Part shown: piece after piece, positions 1 through 11,600 of the stretch
Numbering within the stretch: the stretch's first letter is position 1
Layout: every line of letters begins with the position of its first letter
From: Eledone cirrhosa
Taxonomy: Eukaryota
Assembly: GCA_964016885.1 (NCBI GenBank)
Contig: CAXHJY010000704.1
Coordinates: 20,892 to 84,891, forward strand
Direction of reading: 5' to 3'
Length of the DNA stretch: 64,000 nt
Notes under the pieces: model-generated
Seen by the model: only the letters and a program-made list of their open reading frames with translations
What the model was told of the DNA's origin: nothing
Databases searched by the model: none
Made by a program: the position numbers and the translations under genes

Positions 1-1090
1 TCAGTATGTAGGAAAGGTGTAGGTAGGAACTCCATTCTTTGCCCCAAATGCAAACAATGGGTACACAAGAGATGTAGCGGGATCTCAGGAAGCTTAATTA
101 AGAATGTAGGATTCACATGCAGCAGCTGTGCTGAAACAGCAAGCAAACAGCCACAGGAAACAAGTACCACCAATCTCTGGGAGGGCCCTGTAGAAACAGT
201 AGACAGCTTCTGCTACCTAGGTGACCGAATTAGCAACGGAGGTGGGTGCTCAGAAAGTACAATAACTAGGGTAAGAACGGGATGGAAGAAGTTTAGGGAA
301 CTACTACCACTGCTAGCTGCAAAAGGCTTCTCCCTCAGAATGAAAGGCAGACTGTATGATGCGTGTATCCGAACAGCGATGTTGCATGGTAGTGAGACCT
401 GGGCGCTGAAGGTGGAAGACTTACGTAGATTAGAGAGAAACGAAGCCTGCATGCTCCGATGGATGTGTAACAGTAATATACGTGAACGACAAAGCATAAA
501 TGAATTGAGAGAGAGACTGAGCATAAGAGGAATCAAATGCTGCGTGCAGGAGAGGCGGTTACGCTGGTATGGACATGTGATGCGTATGAAGGATGACAGC
601 TGCATAAAAAGGTGCAGAGCACTAGAAGTTGATGGAAACCGCGGAGTGGGGAGACCCAAGATGACTTGGGATGAGGTGATAAAAGCCGACCTTACCCAAC
701 TACACCTCTCAAAGTCAATGAGACACGACCGTGACTTCTGGCGTCACGCAGTAATACAGGGTACCCGACCTCCCATGGGTACATGCTGAAGCATATAAAC
801 AATATGCCCCCCCCCCCACCGCAAGGTGGTCGTGGAGGTGCCACGGCAAAAAAGCACCCAGCCCACACTGTAAAGTGGACGTGTAGGCGCCACGAAAAAG
901 CACCCAGCACTCACTGTAAATGAGGTTGGTGTTAGGAAGGGCATCCAGCTGTAGAAATCAAGCCAGATCAGTTCCTGTATGAGCAAGGCATGGTCAGCCG
1001 ACCAGACACTGCCCACAACAGGACAACCCGTCTAACCCATGCTAGCGTGGAAGAACGGACGTAAAACGGTGATGATGATGATGATGATGA

Positions 1091-1093
<3 letters not shown>
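1..1093 (+). mobile_element. RTE-clade non-LTR retrotransposon, 3' part (young subfamily A), cut by the window edge
   Basis: The ORF ending at 789 has RTE C-terminal motifs (LHGSETW, RRLRWYGHVMR, RGVGRPKMTW). A 3' UTR and (GAT)n tail run into (TA)n. The segment is a near-identical reverse complement of 8628-9717. Confidence 0.95.
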
Positions 1094-1125
<32 letters not shown>

Positions 1126-1222
1126 TAGATAGATAGATATATATAAGCAATGAGTTATTTAATTTGTTGGTTATTCAACAAATTTAGTTTATAACAAATT
1201 AGAAGCACTCTTCTGGAATATA

Positions 1223-1596
1223 ATATCAATAATATTAATAAATGGAAACTATCTTTATAAAACCATATTTATTTTATTATATATATTTCAAAGGTACCAA
1301 CATTTTTGGTATGCTCTCATCAGATAAAATATAAAAGTTGTTTTACAGATAGTGACATATTCAAAACAAGAACTTATCGTTTTGAGTTCTGTTTGAATAT
1401 TCAAACAGAATATTCAAAATATTCAAACAGAACTCAAAACAATAAATTCTTGTTTTGAATATGTCACTATCTGTAAAACAACTTTTATATTTTATCTGAT
1501 AAGAGCGTATCAAAAATGTTGGTACCCTTGAAATATATATAATAAAATAAATATGGTTTTATAAAGATAGTTTCCATTTATTAATATTATTGATAT
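1223..1596. mobile_element. Fold-back (inverted-repeat) element with a hammerhead motif in each arm; probably a Penelope pLTR-derived non-autonomous insertion
   Basis: The ~180-bp arms are near-perfect reverse complements centred near 1405-1415. The element is followed by (TA)n(TAA)n. Confidence 0.8.
1272..1329 (-). ncRNA. Minimal type-I hammerhead ribozyme motif with an intact core
   Basis: The minus strand reads TTTTAT-CTGATGA-GAGCATACCAAAAATGTTGGTACCTTT-GAAA-TATATA-TA-ATAAAA. Stem I is TTTTAT/ATAAAA, the inner stem II is TACCAA/TTGGTA, stem III is palindromic and the triad is AUA. The mirror copy at 1490-1547 (+) has CTGATAA. Confidence 0.7.
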
Positions 1597-1601
1597 ATAT
1601 A

Positions 1602-1651
<50 letters not shown>

Positions 1652-1971
1652 TGTTTCTACTTTTTGGCATTACTGGTACTTTATTTTATCGAACCTATGA
1701 GTTTATAGTGTTCACTATTTTCATTGGTAAGTTGAGAAAAACTCAATCCACTATATATATGTATACCATTTATGTTATGTTGTTTACCAATGAGTAGAAC
1801 TGATTGTTCTGATTAATAAACGATGATGCAATAAATTAAAGCACTAAACGTTATGCAAATCATCCATCATAGGTGTAGTATCCCAAAGCTGGTGCAGGGA
1901 CGGAGTTAAGTATTCATTTAAAAGCAAGAGAAAGCTAGATTGGAAACATTCTTTAAAGTTTTAATTTTGCG

Positions 1972-2049
1972 AAACACTATACATATTTCAATGGCCCAGT
2001 TTCATCATCTGATCATGATACAATACTTAGGTGATTTCATCAGGGGTTC
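1972..2049 (-). ncRNA. Hammerhead ribozyme-like motif with a long stem II
   Basis: The minus strand reads GAACCC-CTGATGA-AAT...ATT-GAAA-TATGTA-TA-GTGTTT. It shares the CATTGAAATATGTAT block with the hammerhead at 59567-59581. Stem I is imperfect. Confidence 0.5.
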
Positions 2050-2199
2050 ATTGTGAAATTAGTTATATACAATAACACGATTATGGCAAACACAACAAGA
2101 GGGTAGCAGTTAGATTTGGTTCGGGGATGGCTCACCAATTTGGAGTTATTGTAACGGCAAGCCATCCCTGAATGAGTGTGTGTGTGTATGTATATATAC

Positions 2200-2242
<43 letters not shown>

Positions 2243-2247
<5 letters not shown>

Positions 2248-2552
2248 GAATGTATATATAGTGTATTTTGCAATACACTGTATGCTGAATTAAAAGCATT
2301 TTGAAGACCATACGCTATTGTTTTAAAGTAACGACATTGTCGCTTACTTAAATTTTCGGCAGACAGGGGGAGATAAGTTGACAGCGCTGTTTCGTTCTTT
2401 TTGGTACTTATCAAAACTCACTACTCTCCCCGTCTGCGAAAATTTAAGTAAGCAACAATGTCGCTACTTTAAAACAATAGCATATGGTCTTCAAAATGCT
2501 TTTAATTAAGCATAGAGTGTATTGCAAAATACACTAAATATACTTTCATATA
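2243..2552. mobile_element. Fold-back element between (TA)n tracts with a decayed hammerhead in its loop
   Basis: The ~125-bp arms (about 2243-2372 and 2425-2552) are reverse complements. The loop carries a hammerhead motif on the minus strand. Confidence 0.75.
2376..2418 (-). ncRNA. Decayed minimal type-I hammerhead (GUC triad)
   Basis: The minus strand reads AGTT-TTGATAA-GTACCAAAAAGAAC-GAAA-CAGCGCTG-TC-AACT. Stem I is AGTT/AACT and stem III is the palindrome ACAGCGCTGT. The core differs from CTGATGA at two positions. Confidence 0.65.
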
Positions 2553-2594
2553 TATATATATATCGCAATTTCAGAGCACCAATTCTAATATATG

Positions 2595-5500
2595 TCATCA
2601 TCATCATCATCATCAACGTTTAACGTCCGTGTTCCACGCTTGCATGGGTTTGGACGGGGGTAGTCCCACTTGAGGCAAGAGTGATTGTCTTGCTCGCATA
2701 GGACTGTCTGGCAGGTTTTCTACAGTTGGATGCCCTTCCTAACACCAGCCACATTTACAGTGTGGGTCTGGGAGGTTTTTACCGTGTTGCCTACATGGCC
2801 ACATTACAGCGTGGACTGTGTGTTTTTTTGTCGTGACACCTACACGATCTCATTTGTTTCGGCCTGGATGGCGCGGCACCAACATAACTTTACATAGAAC
2901 GGGGTGGTGTGGATGGGGTGGGGGTGGTGGGGGTGGGACGGGGTGTATTTTGTTAGAGATGCCTACTGGCTGGAGTAGGTTTTACTATATATTTAGGTAA
3001 GGCGGGTCTTCTCTGTTACTGAGTACCGCCAAAGGTCTCGGTCCAGTGACATTGTCTTGGAGAGGTGTAAGTGTGTGAGGTCGGAGTTTATCAGCTCGTC
3101 CCAGGTTTTTCTAGGTCTGCCTATTCCGTGGCTACCGTCTATCTTTATTGCCCTGCACTTTGTTATACAGCTATCGACTTTCATGCGCATCACGTGTCCA
3201 TACCAACGTAGCCTTCTCTCGAGTAAACAACATCTGATCCCTCTTATCTCTAATTTTTTTCCTTAGTGCGTTTATGCTTTGCCGTTCACGTATATTACTG
3301 TTACACATCCAGCGGAGCATGCAAGCTTCGTTCCTCTCTAGTCTGCGTATATCCTCTGCACACAATGCCCAGGTCTCACTGCCATGCAACATTGCTGTTC
3401 GTATGCAGGCATCGTACAACCTGCCTTTCATTTTTAGGGAGAACCCTTTAGCAGCTAATAGTGGTATAAGCTCTCTGAACTTTTTCCATCCAGTTCTGAC
3501 TCTAGCTACTGTACTTTCAGAGCACCCTCCCCCACTGCTGATTTTATCGCACAGGTAACGGAAGCTGTCCACTATTTCTATAGAACCCTCTGCGCAATTG
3601 AAAGAGCTAGTATTTTGTGGGCACTTGCTGCTACTTATTGCACCAGAACACCGGCCACATGTAAAATCTATGTTCTTAGTTAGCTTACCTGTGATCCCAC
3701 TACATCTTTTATGCACCCATACTTTGCATTTAGGACATAAAATGGAGTTTCTACCTACGCCTTTCCTACACACCGAGCACGACCATTTCCCAGAAGGGAC
3801 CGCCGCCTTGTTTTCTTTCCTACAAACTAGAACTTTGGTCTTAGCCAGGTTAATTTTAAGTCCTTTTGACTCTAGGCCATGCTTCCATGTTAGAATTTCT
3901 TCTCTAGCTCGGCCATTGATTCCACTATGAGTCTCAGGTCGTCTGCGTATAGGAGTTCCCATGGGCGGCCGGTCTTGAACTCCTCTGTTATAGCCTGAAG
4001 GGCAATAATAAATAGTAGGGGGCTGAGAACAGAGCCCTGATGGACGCCAACTTTTACGCTAAACTCTTCACTATATTCGTTGTTAATTCTAACCTTGCTG
4101 ACTGTTTCTTTATACATGGCTTGTATAGCCCTCACAAGCCATTCGTCAACGCCTAGTTTTCTAAGAGCCCACCAGATAATAGAGCGGGGGACTCTGTCGA
4201 AGGCTTTCTCCAAGTCGACTAAAGCTAAGTAGAGGGGTTTACCTTTAGCTAGGTACTTCTCCTGTAGTTGTCGTACTATGAAAAGAGCGTCTGTGGTACT
4301 TTTGCCTGACACAAACCCGAACTGCATTTCATCTAGGTCAATTCTCTCTCTGATTAGTTGCGCTATTACTTTTTCCGTGACCTTCATGACCTGGTCGATT
4401 AATTTAATGCCTCTATAGTTATTCCTATCTAGGGCGTCTCCTTTACCCTTATAACAGTTAACGATGATGCTGCTATGCCAGTCCTTCGGAACAACCCCAT
4501 TCTGTACGACTTGGTTAACTATGCGGGTGACCATGGTGTGTCCCACCGTGCCAGATGCCTTCAGCATCTCAGCAACTATTTCCGAAGGCCCAGCCGCTTA
4601 ACCCGTCTTCATATCCTTGATTGCCTTACTTATTATACTCCCCTCGACTAACACTGCTGGTCCCTCTATTGGGTCGATATGGGGGAGACTGTCTTTCTCC
4701 CATTTATTCTCCTCATTTAGTAGCCTTTCATAGTGACACTTCCAAGCTACCTTCTTATCAGCGTCGGTGATGGCAAGTGTGCCATCATCGTTTAGTACAC
4801 ACTTCTCCCCGACAATATCACGGTTTTCCTTGACGCATTGCCTAGCAATCCTGAACACCTCACGTTTTTGGTCCTCGCGTTGTAGAACATGCTTGAACTT
4901 TCTTTCCTCTGCTTCCCTTCTTGCTAAGTACACTTGTCTCCTAGCTTCCCTCCTGGCCACTTGATAGTCTTTTCTACTTCCCCCATCCCGCCATACTTTC
5001 CAAGCCTGCTTTTTGGCCTTAATTGACCCCTCCACTTTACTGTTCCACCACCATGTTACTCTCCTCCTGCCTACAGGCCTGCTCCAGCCACAGACTTCGT
5101 CTGTCTCCATCAGCAGGTTTGCTTTCAGAAATTCCCACTGTCCCTCTATATTGTCCGACTGTAAATGTTCTTCCTTACTGTCGAAAGCATCAAGTAATAT
5201 GCTTTGAAATTTATTTCTGGCTGTGGGGTCCTTAGCTTCCATATTTTTCTCCTGAGGATAGTCCTCTTCTGCTGTCGAGTACGTCTCGTCCTGACTATGA
5301 GGTCGCTAATTATCAGTCTATGTTGGGAGGTGCATTCTTCATGGGGGAGGGATTTAGAGTTTACGACAGACACTCTGTCACGTCTTCTGGTAATGATATA
5401 ATCTACCTGGCTTGTGTGTTCCCCGGATCTATAGGTGATCAGGTGATTGTCACGTTTTTTGAAATTAGTGTTACAGATAGTTAGGTTATTTGCATCACAG

Positions 5501-6835
5501 AATTCCAGGATTCTGGAGCCTTCCTCATTTCTAGTACCAAACCCATAGCCTCCATGGATTTCGTCGTAGCCGTCACAATGTTGTCCAACGTGACCATTTA
5601 GGTCGCCTGCAATAATTATATAGTCACTGTCGGATATTTGGGAGGTAGTTAGCATCAGTGTCTCATAGAATCTGTCTTTTATAGTGCCGGGCAGTCCGGA
5701 TTGGGGTGCGTACGCAGATATTACTGTCACCGTAGTTCTATTGAGGACAAGTCGTATTTTAATTATTCTGTCGTTCACTCTATTTACGTCTATTATCTTA
5801 TCTGCCCACTTTTCTGCTACCATGATTCCTACTCCACCCAGCCCATTGTCATTTCCCACCCATAAAAGCTTATAACATCGTTTTTTACCCTCAATGAATC
5901 TAGCAGACCCACCCCTCCACCTGGTCTCTTGAATACAACAAACATCGACCTCCTTACGTTCAAGCATTTCTACAACCTCGTTAGCGCAACCCTTTAGGGT
6001 GCCTACATTTATGGTACCAACTCTGAAGTTTTGGATTGCGTTTGGAGGGTGGGGGCGGTGGGGGGCGGGGGGAGATGGGGTTATGTTAGCCATCCGCGGA
6101 CGAAACAAAGAGGAGTGCTCGCATTCTCGTCCACGAGGTGAATTTGACTTTAACTTTGGCATTTTCGCTCTGAGCGTCCAGATTTTTCTCTCCCTTCCAC
6201 TCTCCAGGATTCCGCAGTCCATCCATCCATCATATATCGAAGGCAACCAGGCAAGCAATAGTATAGGCCTCTGGCTTATGATTGGTCTGCGTAATAATAA
6301 TAATGGTGATGCGTGGGGGGGGGGGGGGGGGCTCTGGCTTATGATCGGTCCACGTATTAAGAATGGTGGTGTGTGGGCGCGGGTGGGAGGGGTGTGGGGT
6401 AGCTAGCTGGAAGGTTATGATTGTTTAACAAGCGATTAACAAAAAGCAAAAATGCAAGATTTGTTCTGTTCAATACGACAAAAACAACCGTATTTAACAT
6501 AAATAACAAAAAAATACAGATTTCGGATTTTGCGAGATTGGATGTTTGGACTAGGTACGAAATTGAAGCGTGGAGTAGATAGAAAAATGTGTACGTTACG
6601 ATTACATGGGTACACCGTAGTAGGAACCAGCACTGAATTGAAGCAGCAATGAATTGGCGAAAAGTGATTAAACATGAAGGGGAATTTATCTTATATATAT
6701 ATATATGTAGCTAAGAGAGAGGGGGAGGGGGAGAGAGAGTGTGGCTGACCGCAGTCCCTCGTGAAGTAGATGGAGGGTGACGGGTGCCTGGGTGCCTGGG
6801 TGTAGAAGCGGGATTTTTGACTTTCGAAGTAGCAT
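2595..6835 (-). mobile_element. Near full-length RTE-clade LINE (subfamily B) with a disrupted APE-RT ORF
   Basis: Consecutive ORF pieces give the APE endonuclease (5146-6258: VGTINVGTL, IQETRW, SAYAPQ, AGDLNGHVG, SQHR), the linker (4598-5242), the RT (3890-4567: VDLEKAFDRV, GVHQGSVLSPLLF, LYADD) and the C-terminus (3171-3962, 2993-3193). The (CAT)n tail is at 2595-2615. The 5' boundary is approximate. Confidence 0.93.
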
Positions 6836-6919
6836 AATATATATTTAAAGGAATTTATAAGAAGTAGAATGGGAAGGATTTTGTTTTGTTTTGAGAATAT
6901 GTATATATATATATATATG

Positions 6920-6981
<62 letters not shown>

Positions 6982-6984
<3 letters not shown>

Positions 6985-7044
6985 TCATCATCATCATCAA
7001 CGTTTAACGTCCGTGTTCCACGCTTGCATGGGTTTGGACGGGGG

Positions 7045-7045
<1 letters not shown>
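6982..7045 (-). mobile_element. Very short 3'-terminal RTE fragment embedded in (TA)n
   Basis: It is essentially identical to 2598-2661 and is flanked on both sides by TA repeats. Confidence 0.85.
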
Positions 7046-7075
<30 letters not shown>

Positions 7076-7376
7076 TTCAAGAGTAACCAATCTTAAAGAG
7101 AGAGATGGAGATAGGAGAGGAGATATGAGAGGAGAGATTGGTGAGTTAGTTAGAAGCCAAAGCGTAAAGGCATGTGCTCAATGTGCAATATGCAGTAGAA
7201 AGCAGCTAGGTGGCTGGGTTCATGCAGAAGTTAGGCGCGCAGAGCTGGAAATATTCATTAGTTAAGCACAACAAGACCACAAATTTCACAAGGAAGACAT
7301 TATTAAAAGATTGTCAACATATTTTAGTTTGATGTAAGGAATGTAGAGAATAATAATAATAATATTAATAATAATA

Positions 7377-8231
7377 ATGTCCGTTTACAATTGTTTCGCT
7401 ACCAACTCCACTAGAACCCCTAGAAGGAATAGACCTAGAAATATCACCTGGCTTAACCCCCCATTCTCATCTAATCTAGCCACTAATATCCCCAAATGCT
7501 TCTTCTCTATCCTATCTAAACACTTCCCTCCCAACCATAGATATTACAAACTCTTTAATAAAAATAACATTAAAATCTCATTCTCCACTACACCTAACCT
7601 AGCTAGCCACATCGCGTTCAGTAACCATCATAAGCTAAGACAGTATAACTCCCACACCGCGGTACCACCACCCCTATCAAATACACCACGCCACTACACC
7701 AATAATTACTCTAGTAGCACACCTCCCCCATCTAATCCTTCTAGCACGGACCTACCGCTTAGGTTAAACAACCCTACTCTCACTAACCGCAGAAGCAACT
7801 GCAACTGCCGTTACCCCAATGCATGCCCATTAAATGGACACTGCCTGACACCCAACATAGTCTATAGGTGCACGGTTAAGACTGCTTCGAATACCAGCTC
7901 TTATATCGGGTCTACCTCTAACCCTTTTAAGGTACGCTATAATGCGTACTCTTTTTCCTTCCAAGACCCTAGCAACAGATGTTCGACATCGCTAGCTAGG
8001 CTCATTAAAAACCTTAAATTAAACAACGTTCAACACTCACTAAAATGGGATATCGTGGCTGGGGCTCAACCGTTCAATGGACGAAGAAAATCTTGTGATC
8101 TCTGTATTACAGAAGCATATTACATAACTCTATCACAACCTCTACCGATTAACGATAGAACGGAAGTAACTATTAGCTGTCAACATCGAAGGGCTAATTC
8201 CTTCGCCAATAGAAATTTTGACCCAACTTAG
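7377..8231 (+). pseudogene. C-terminal fragment of a Penelope-like ORF (RT thumb, linker and GIY-YIG endonuclease)
   Basis: Motifs include ITWLNPPFS, YKLFNKNNIKISFS, CNCRYPNACPL (CxCx5C), IVYRC...YIGST...FKVRY, CDLC and CQHR. The ATG derives from the inverted segment, so it is not a native start. Confidence 0.85.
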
Positions 8232-8627
8232 TCATGTAGCCCCATTTTTACTTGTAGCTAATAAGTTAAATTGCTATGAACAACTCGATAATTATAAGTT
8301 ACCTCCCCTACATTGTCTCTCAATTAAAAAAAAATGTTTAAATTAGCACTTAACTATAAACACCCACAATTTCTAATCTCTCGAGAAGTTACTTCCCCTG
8401 AAACCACCCTCTAATTAGTAAGGTAAATATGCCCTTTGGCAGCCATCTTGTTACCAATAGGCAGATCTCACACAATGCAGCCTCGACAGATGAATACTGC
8501 TTGATTATGGCTGACAACTGATGCAACCAGGACACCATAGTAAAAACCAATATATGGAACATTATATTATGTAACATTATCTTATTAATTTAATCTATAT
8601 TCCTTTGAAGTTCCGATGAGCCGCTCT

Positions 8628-11600
8628 CATCATCATCATCATCATCACCGTTTTACGTCCGTTCTTCCACGCTAGCATGGGTTAGACGGGTTGTCCTGTT
8701 GTGGGCAGTGTCTGGTCGGCTGACCATGCCTTGCTCATACAGGAACTGATCTGGCTTGATTTCTACAGCTGGATGCCCTTCCTAACACCAACCTCATTTA
8801 CAGTGAGTGCTGGGTGCTTTTTCGTGGCGCCTACACGTCCACTTTACAGTGTGGGCTGGGTGCTTTTTTGCCGTGGCACCTCCACGGCCACCTTGCGGTG
8901 GAGGGGGGGGGGCATATTGTTTATATGCTTCAGCATGTACCCATGGGAGGTCGGGTACCCTGTATTACTGCGTGACGCCAGAAGTCACGGTCGTGTGTCA
9001 TTGACTTTGAGAGGTGTAGTTGGGTAAGGTCGGCTTTTATCACCTCATCCCAAGTCATCTTGGGTCTCCCCACTCCGCGGTTTCCATCAACTTCTAGTGC
9101 TCTGCACCTTTTTATGCAGCTGTCATCCTTCATACGCATCACATGTCCATACCAGCGTAACCGCCTCTCCTGCACGCAGCATTTGATTCCTCTTATGCTC
9201 AGTCTCTCTCTCAATTCCTTTATGCTTTGTCGTTCACGTATATTACTGTTACACATCCATCGGAGCATGCAGGCTTCGTTTCTCTCTAATCTACGTAAGT
9301 CTTCCACCTTCAGCGCCCAGGTCTCACTACCATGCAACATCGCTGTTCGGATACACGCATCATACAGTCTGCCTTTCATTCTGAGGGAGAAGCCTTTTGC
9401 AGCTAGCAGTGGTAGTAGTTCCCTAAACTTCTTCCATCCCGTTCTTACCCTAGTTATTGTACTTTCTGAGCACCCACCTCCGTTGCTAATTCGGTCACCT
9501 AGGTAGCAGAAGCTGTCTACTGTTTCTACAGGGCCCTCCCAGAGATTGGTGGTACTTGTTTCCTGTGGCTGTTTGCTTGCTGTTTCAGCACAGCTGCTGC
9601 ATGTGAATCCTACATTCTTAATTAAGCTTCCTGAGATCCCGCTACATCTCTTGTGTACCCATTGTTTGCATTTGGGGCAAAGAATGGAGTTCCTACCTAC
9701 ACCTTTCCTACATACTGAGCAAGGCCATTTCCCTGAGGGGATCTGGGTTCTGTTTTCTCGTCTACTTATAAGGACCTTAGTCTTTGTCATGTTGACTTTG
9801 AGGCCCTTTCTCTCTAGTCCCTGCTTCCAGGTTTGGAATTTATTCTCTAGTTCTACCATAGATTCAGCTATGAGTGCGAGGTCATCAGCATACAGGAGTT
9901 CCCATGGGCATCCGGTCTTAAACTCCTCCGTTATTGCCTGCAGGACTATGATGAACAGGAGAGGGCTAAGAACAGAGCCCTGGTGGACCCCAACCTGTAC
10001 GCTAAATTCCTCGCTATACTCATTGCCAATCCTAACTTTGCTGACTGCTCCCCTATACATGGCTTGTACCGCTTTCACAAGCCATTCATCTACTCCTAGT
10101 TTTCTAAGAGCCCACCAGATTACTGCACGTGGAACTCTGTCAAAGGCTTTCTCAAGGTCGACAAATGCCAAGTAGAGTGGCTTACTTTTAGCTAGGTACT
10201 TTTCCTGTAATTGCCTCACAAGGAAGAGCGCATCAGTGGTGCCTTTCCCTGGAACAAACCCAAATTGCATCTCGTCTATATTCACCCGGTCCCTAATCAG
10301 CTGTGCTATAACTCTTTCTGTTACTTTCATGACCTGGTCCATCAACTTTATACCTCTATAGTTTCCTCTATCTAGTGCATCGCCTTTACCTTTGTAGCAG
10401 TTGACAATGATGCTACTGCACCAATCTTTTGGTATGGCCCCCTCTAGTATTACCTGGTTAACGATACGTGTGGTTATAGTGTGACCTACAGACCCAGATG
10501 CCTTCAGCATCTCGGCAGCTATACCCGATGGACCGGTTGCCTTCCCTATCTTCATATCTCTGATTGCCTTACTTACTACGCTGCCGCTGACTTGTACTGC
10601 TGGTCCCTCTATAGGGTCTACGTGGGGTAGGGTCTCTTCTTCCCATGCATTCTCCTCATTTAGTAATCTATCATAATGACTCTTCCATGCATCTTTCTTC
10701 TCAGCACTTGTGAGGGCAAGCTCACCTTTATCATTCCGGATACACTTCTCTCCAATGACATCACAACTATCTCTGACACACTGCCTCGCAATCTTGAATA
10801 CCTCCTGTTTCTGGTCCTCACGTTGTAAAACATGCTTGAATTTTCTATCCTCTGCTTCCCTCCTAGCTAAGTATACTTGTCGCCTAGCTTCCCTCTTGGT
10901 CTCTATGTAATGTACCCTGCTCCCCCCGTTCTTCCATTCTTTCCATGCCTGTCTCTTGGCCTTGACTGCTTCATCTACCTTATTGTTCCACCACCAAGTC
11001 ACTCTCCTCCTGCTTGAGGTCTTACTCCAGCCACAAACCTCATCCGTCGCCTCTAGTAAGTTATTTTTTAGGAACTCCCAGTTCTCTTCTACGTTAAATG
11101 TCTCTATCTGTTCTTCTTTACTGTCGTAGGCGTTGAGTAAAATATCTTTAAATCTGTTACTGGTTGAGGGGACTTTCAGCTTCCAGATCTTTCTTCTCCA
11201 GGTTGGCCTCTGTTTCAGGGCTCGTCTAGTTCTGACCGTGAGGTCGCTGACAACTAAGCTATGTTGGGATGTACATTCCTCACTAGGGAAGGCTTTTGTG
11301 TTTACGACCGTCCATCTGTCACGTCCTCTGATGAGGATAAAATCTAACTGACTAGAGTGCTCCCCTGATCTATAGGTGATCAGGTGGTTGTCGGGTTTTT
11401 TAAAGTTTGTGTTACATATCGACATGTCATTGGCGTCGCAGAATTCTAGAAGTCTGAATCCTTCCTCATTCCTTGTGCCAACTCCATGGCCTCCATGTAC
11501 TCTATTGAAGCCGTCGCAGTGTTTACCTACGTGTCCGTTAAAATCTCCTGCAATGATTAGGAAGTCCTTGTCGTCTGTTAGAGCAGTAGTGTGTATTAGG

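Noticed and set aside
6260-6835. HDV-like ribozyme at the RTE 5' end (known for some RTEs)
   Set aside because: A nested double pseudoknot could not be assembled by eye; this needs a descriptor search.
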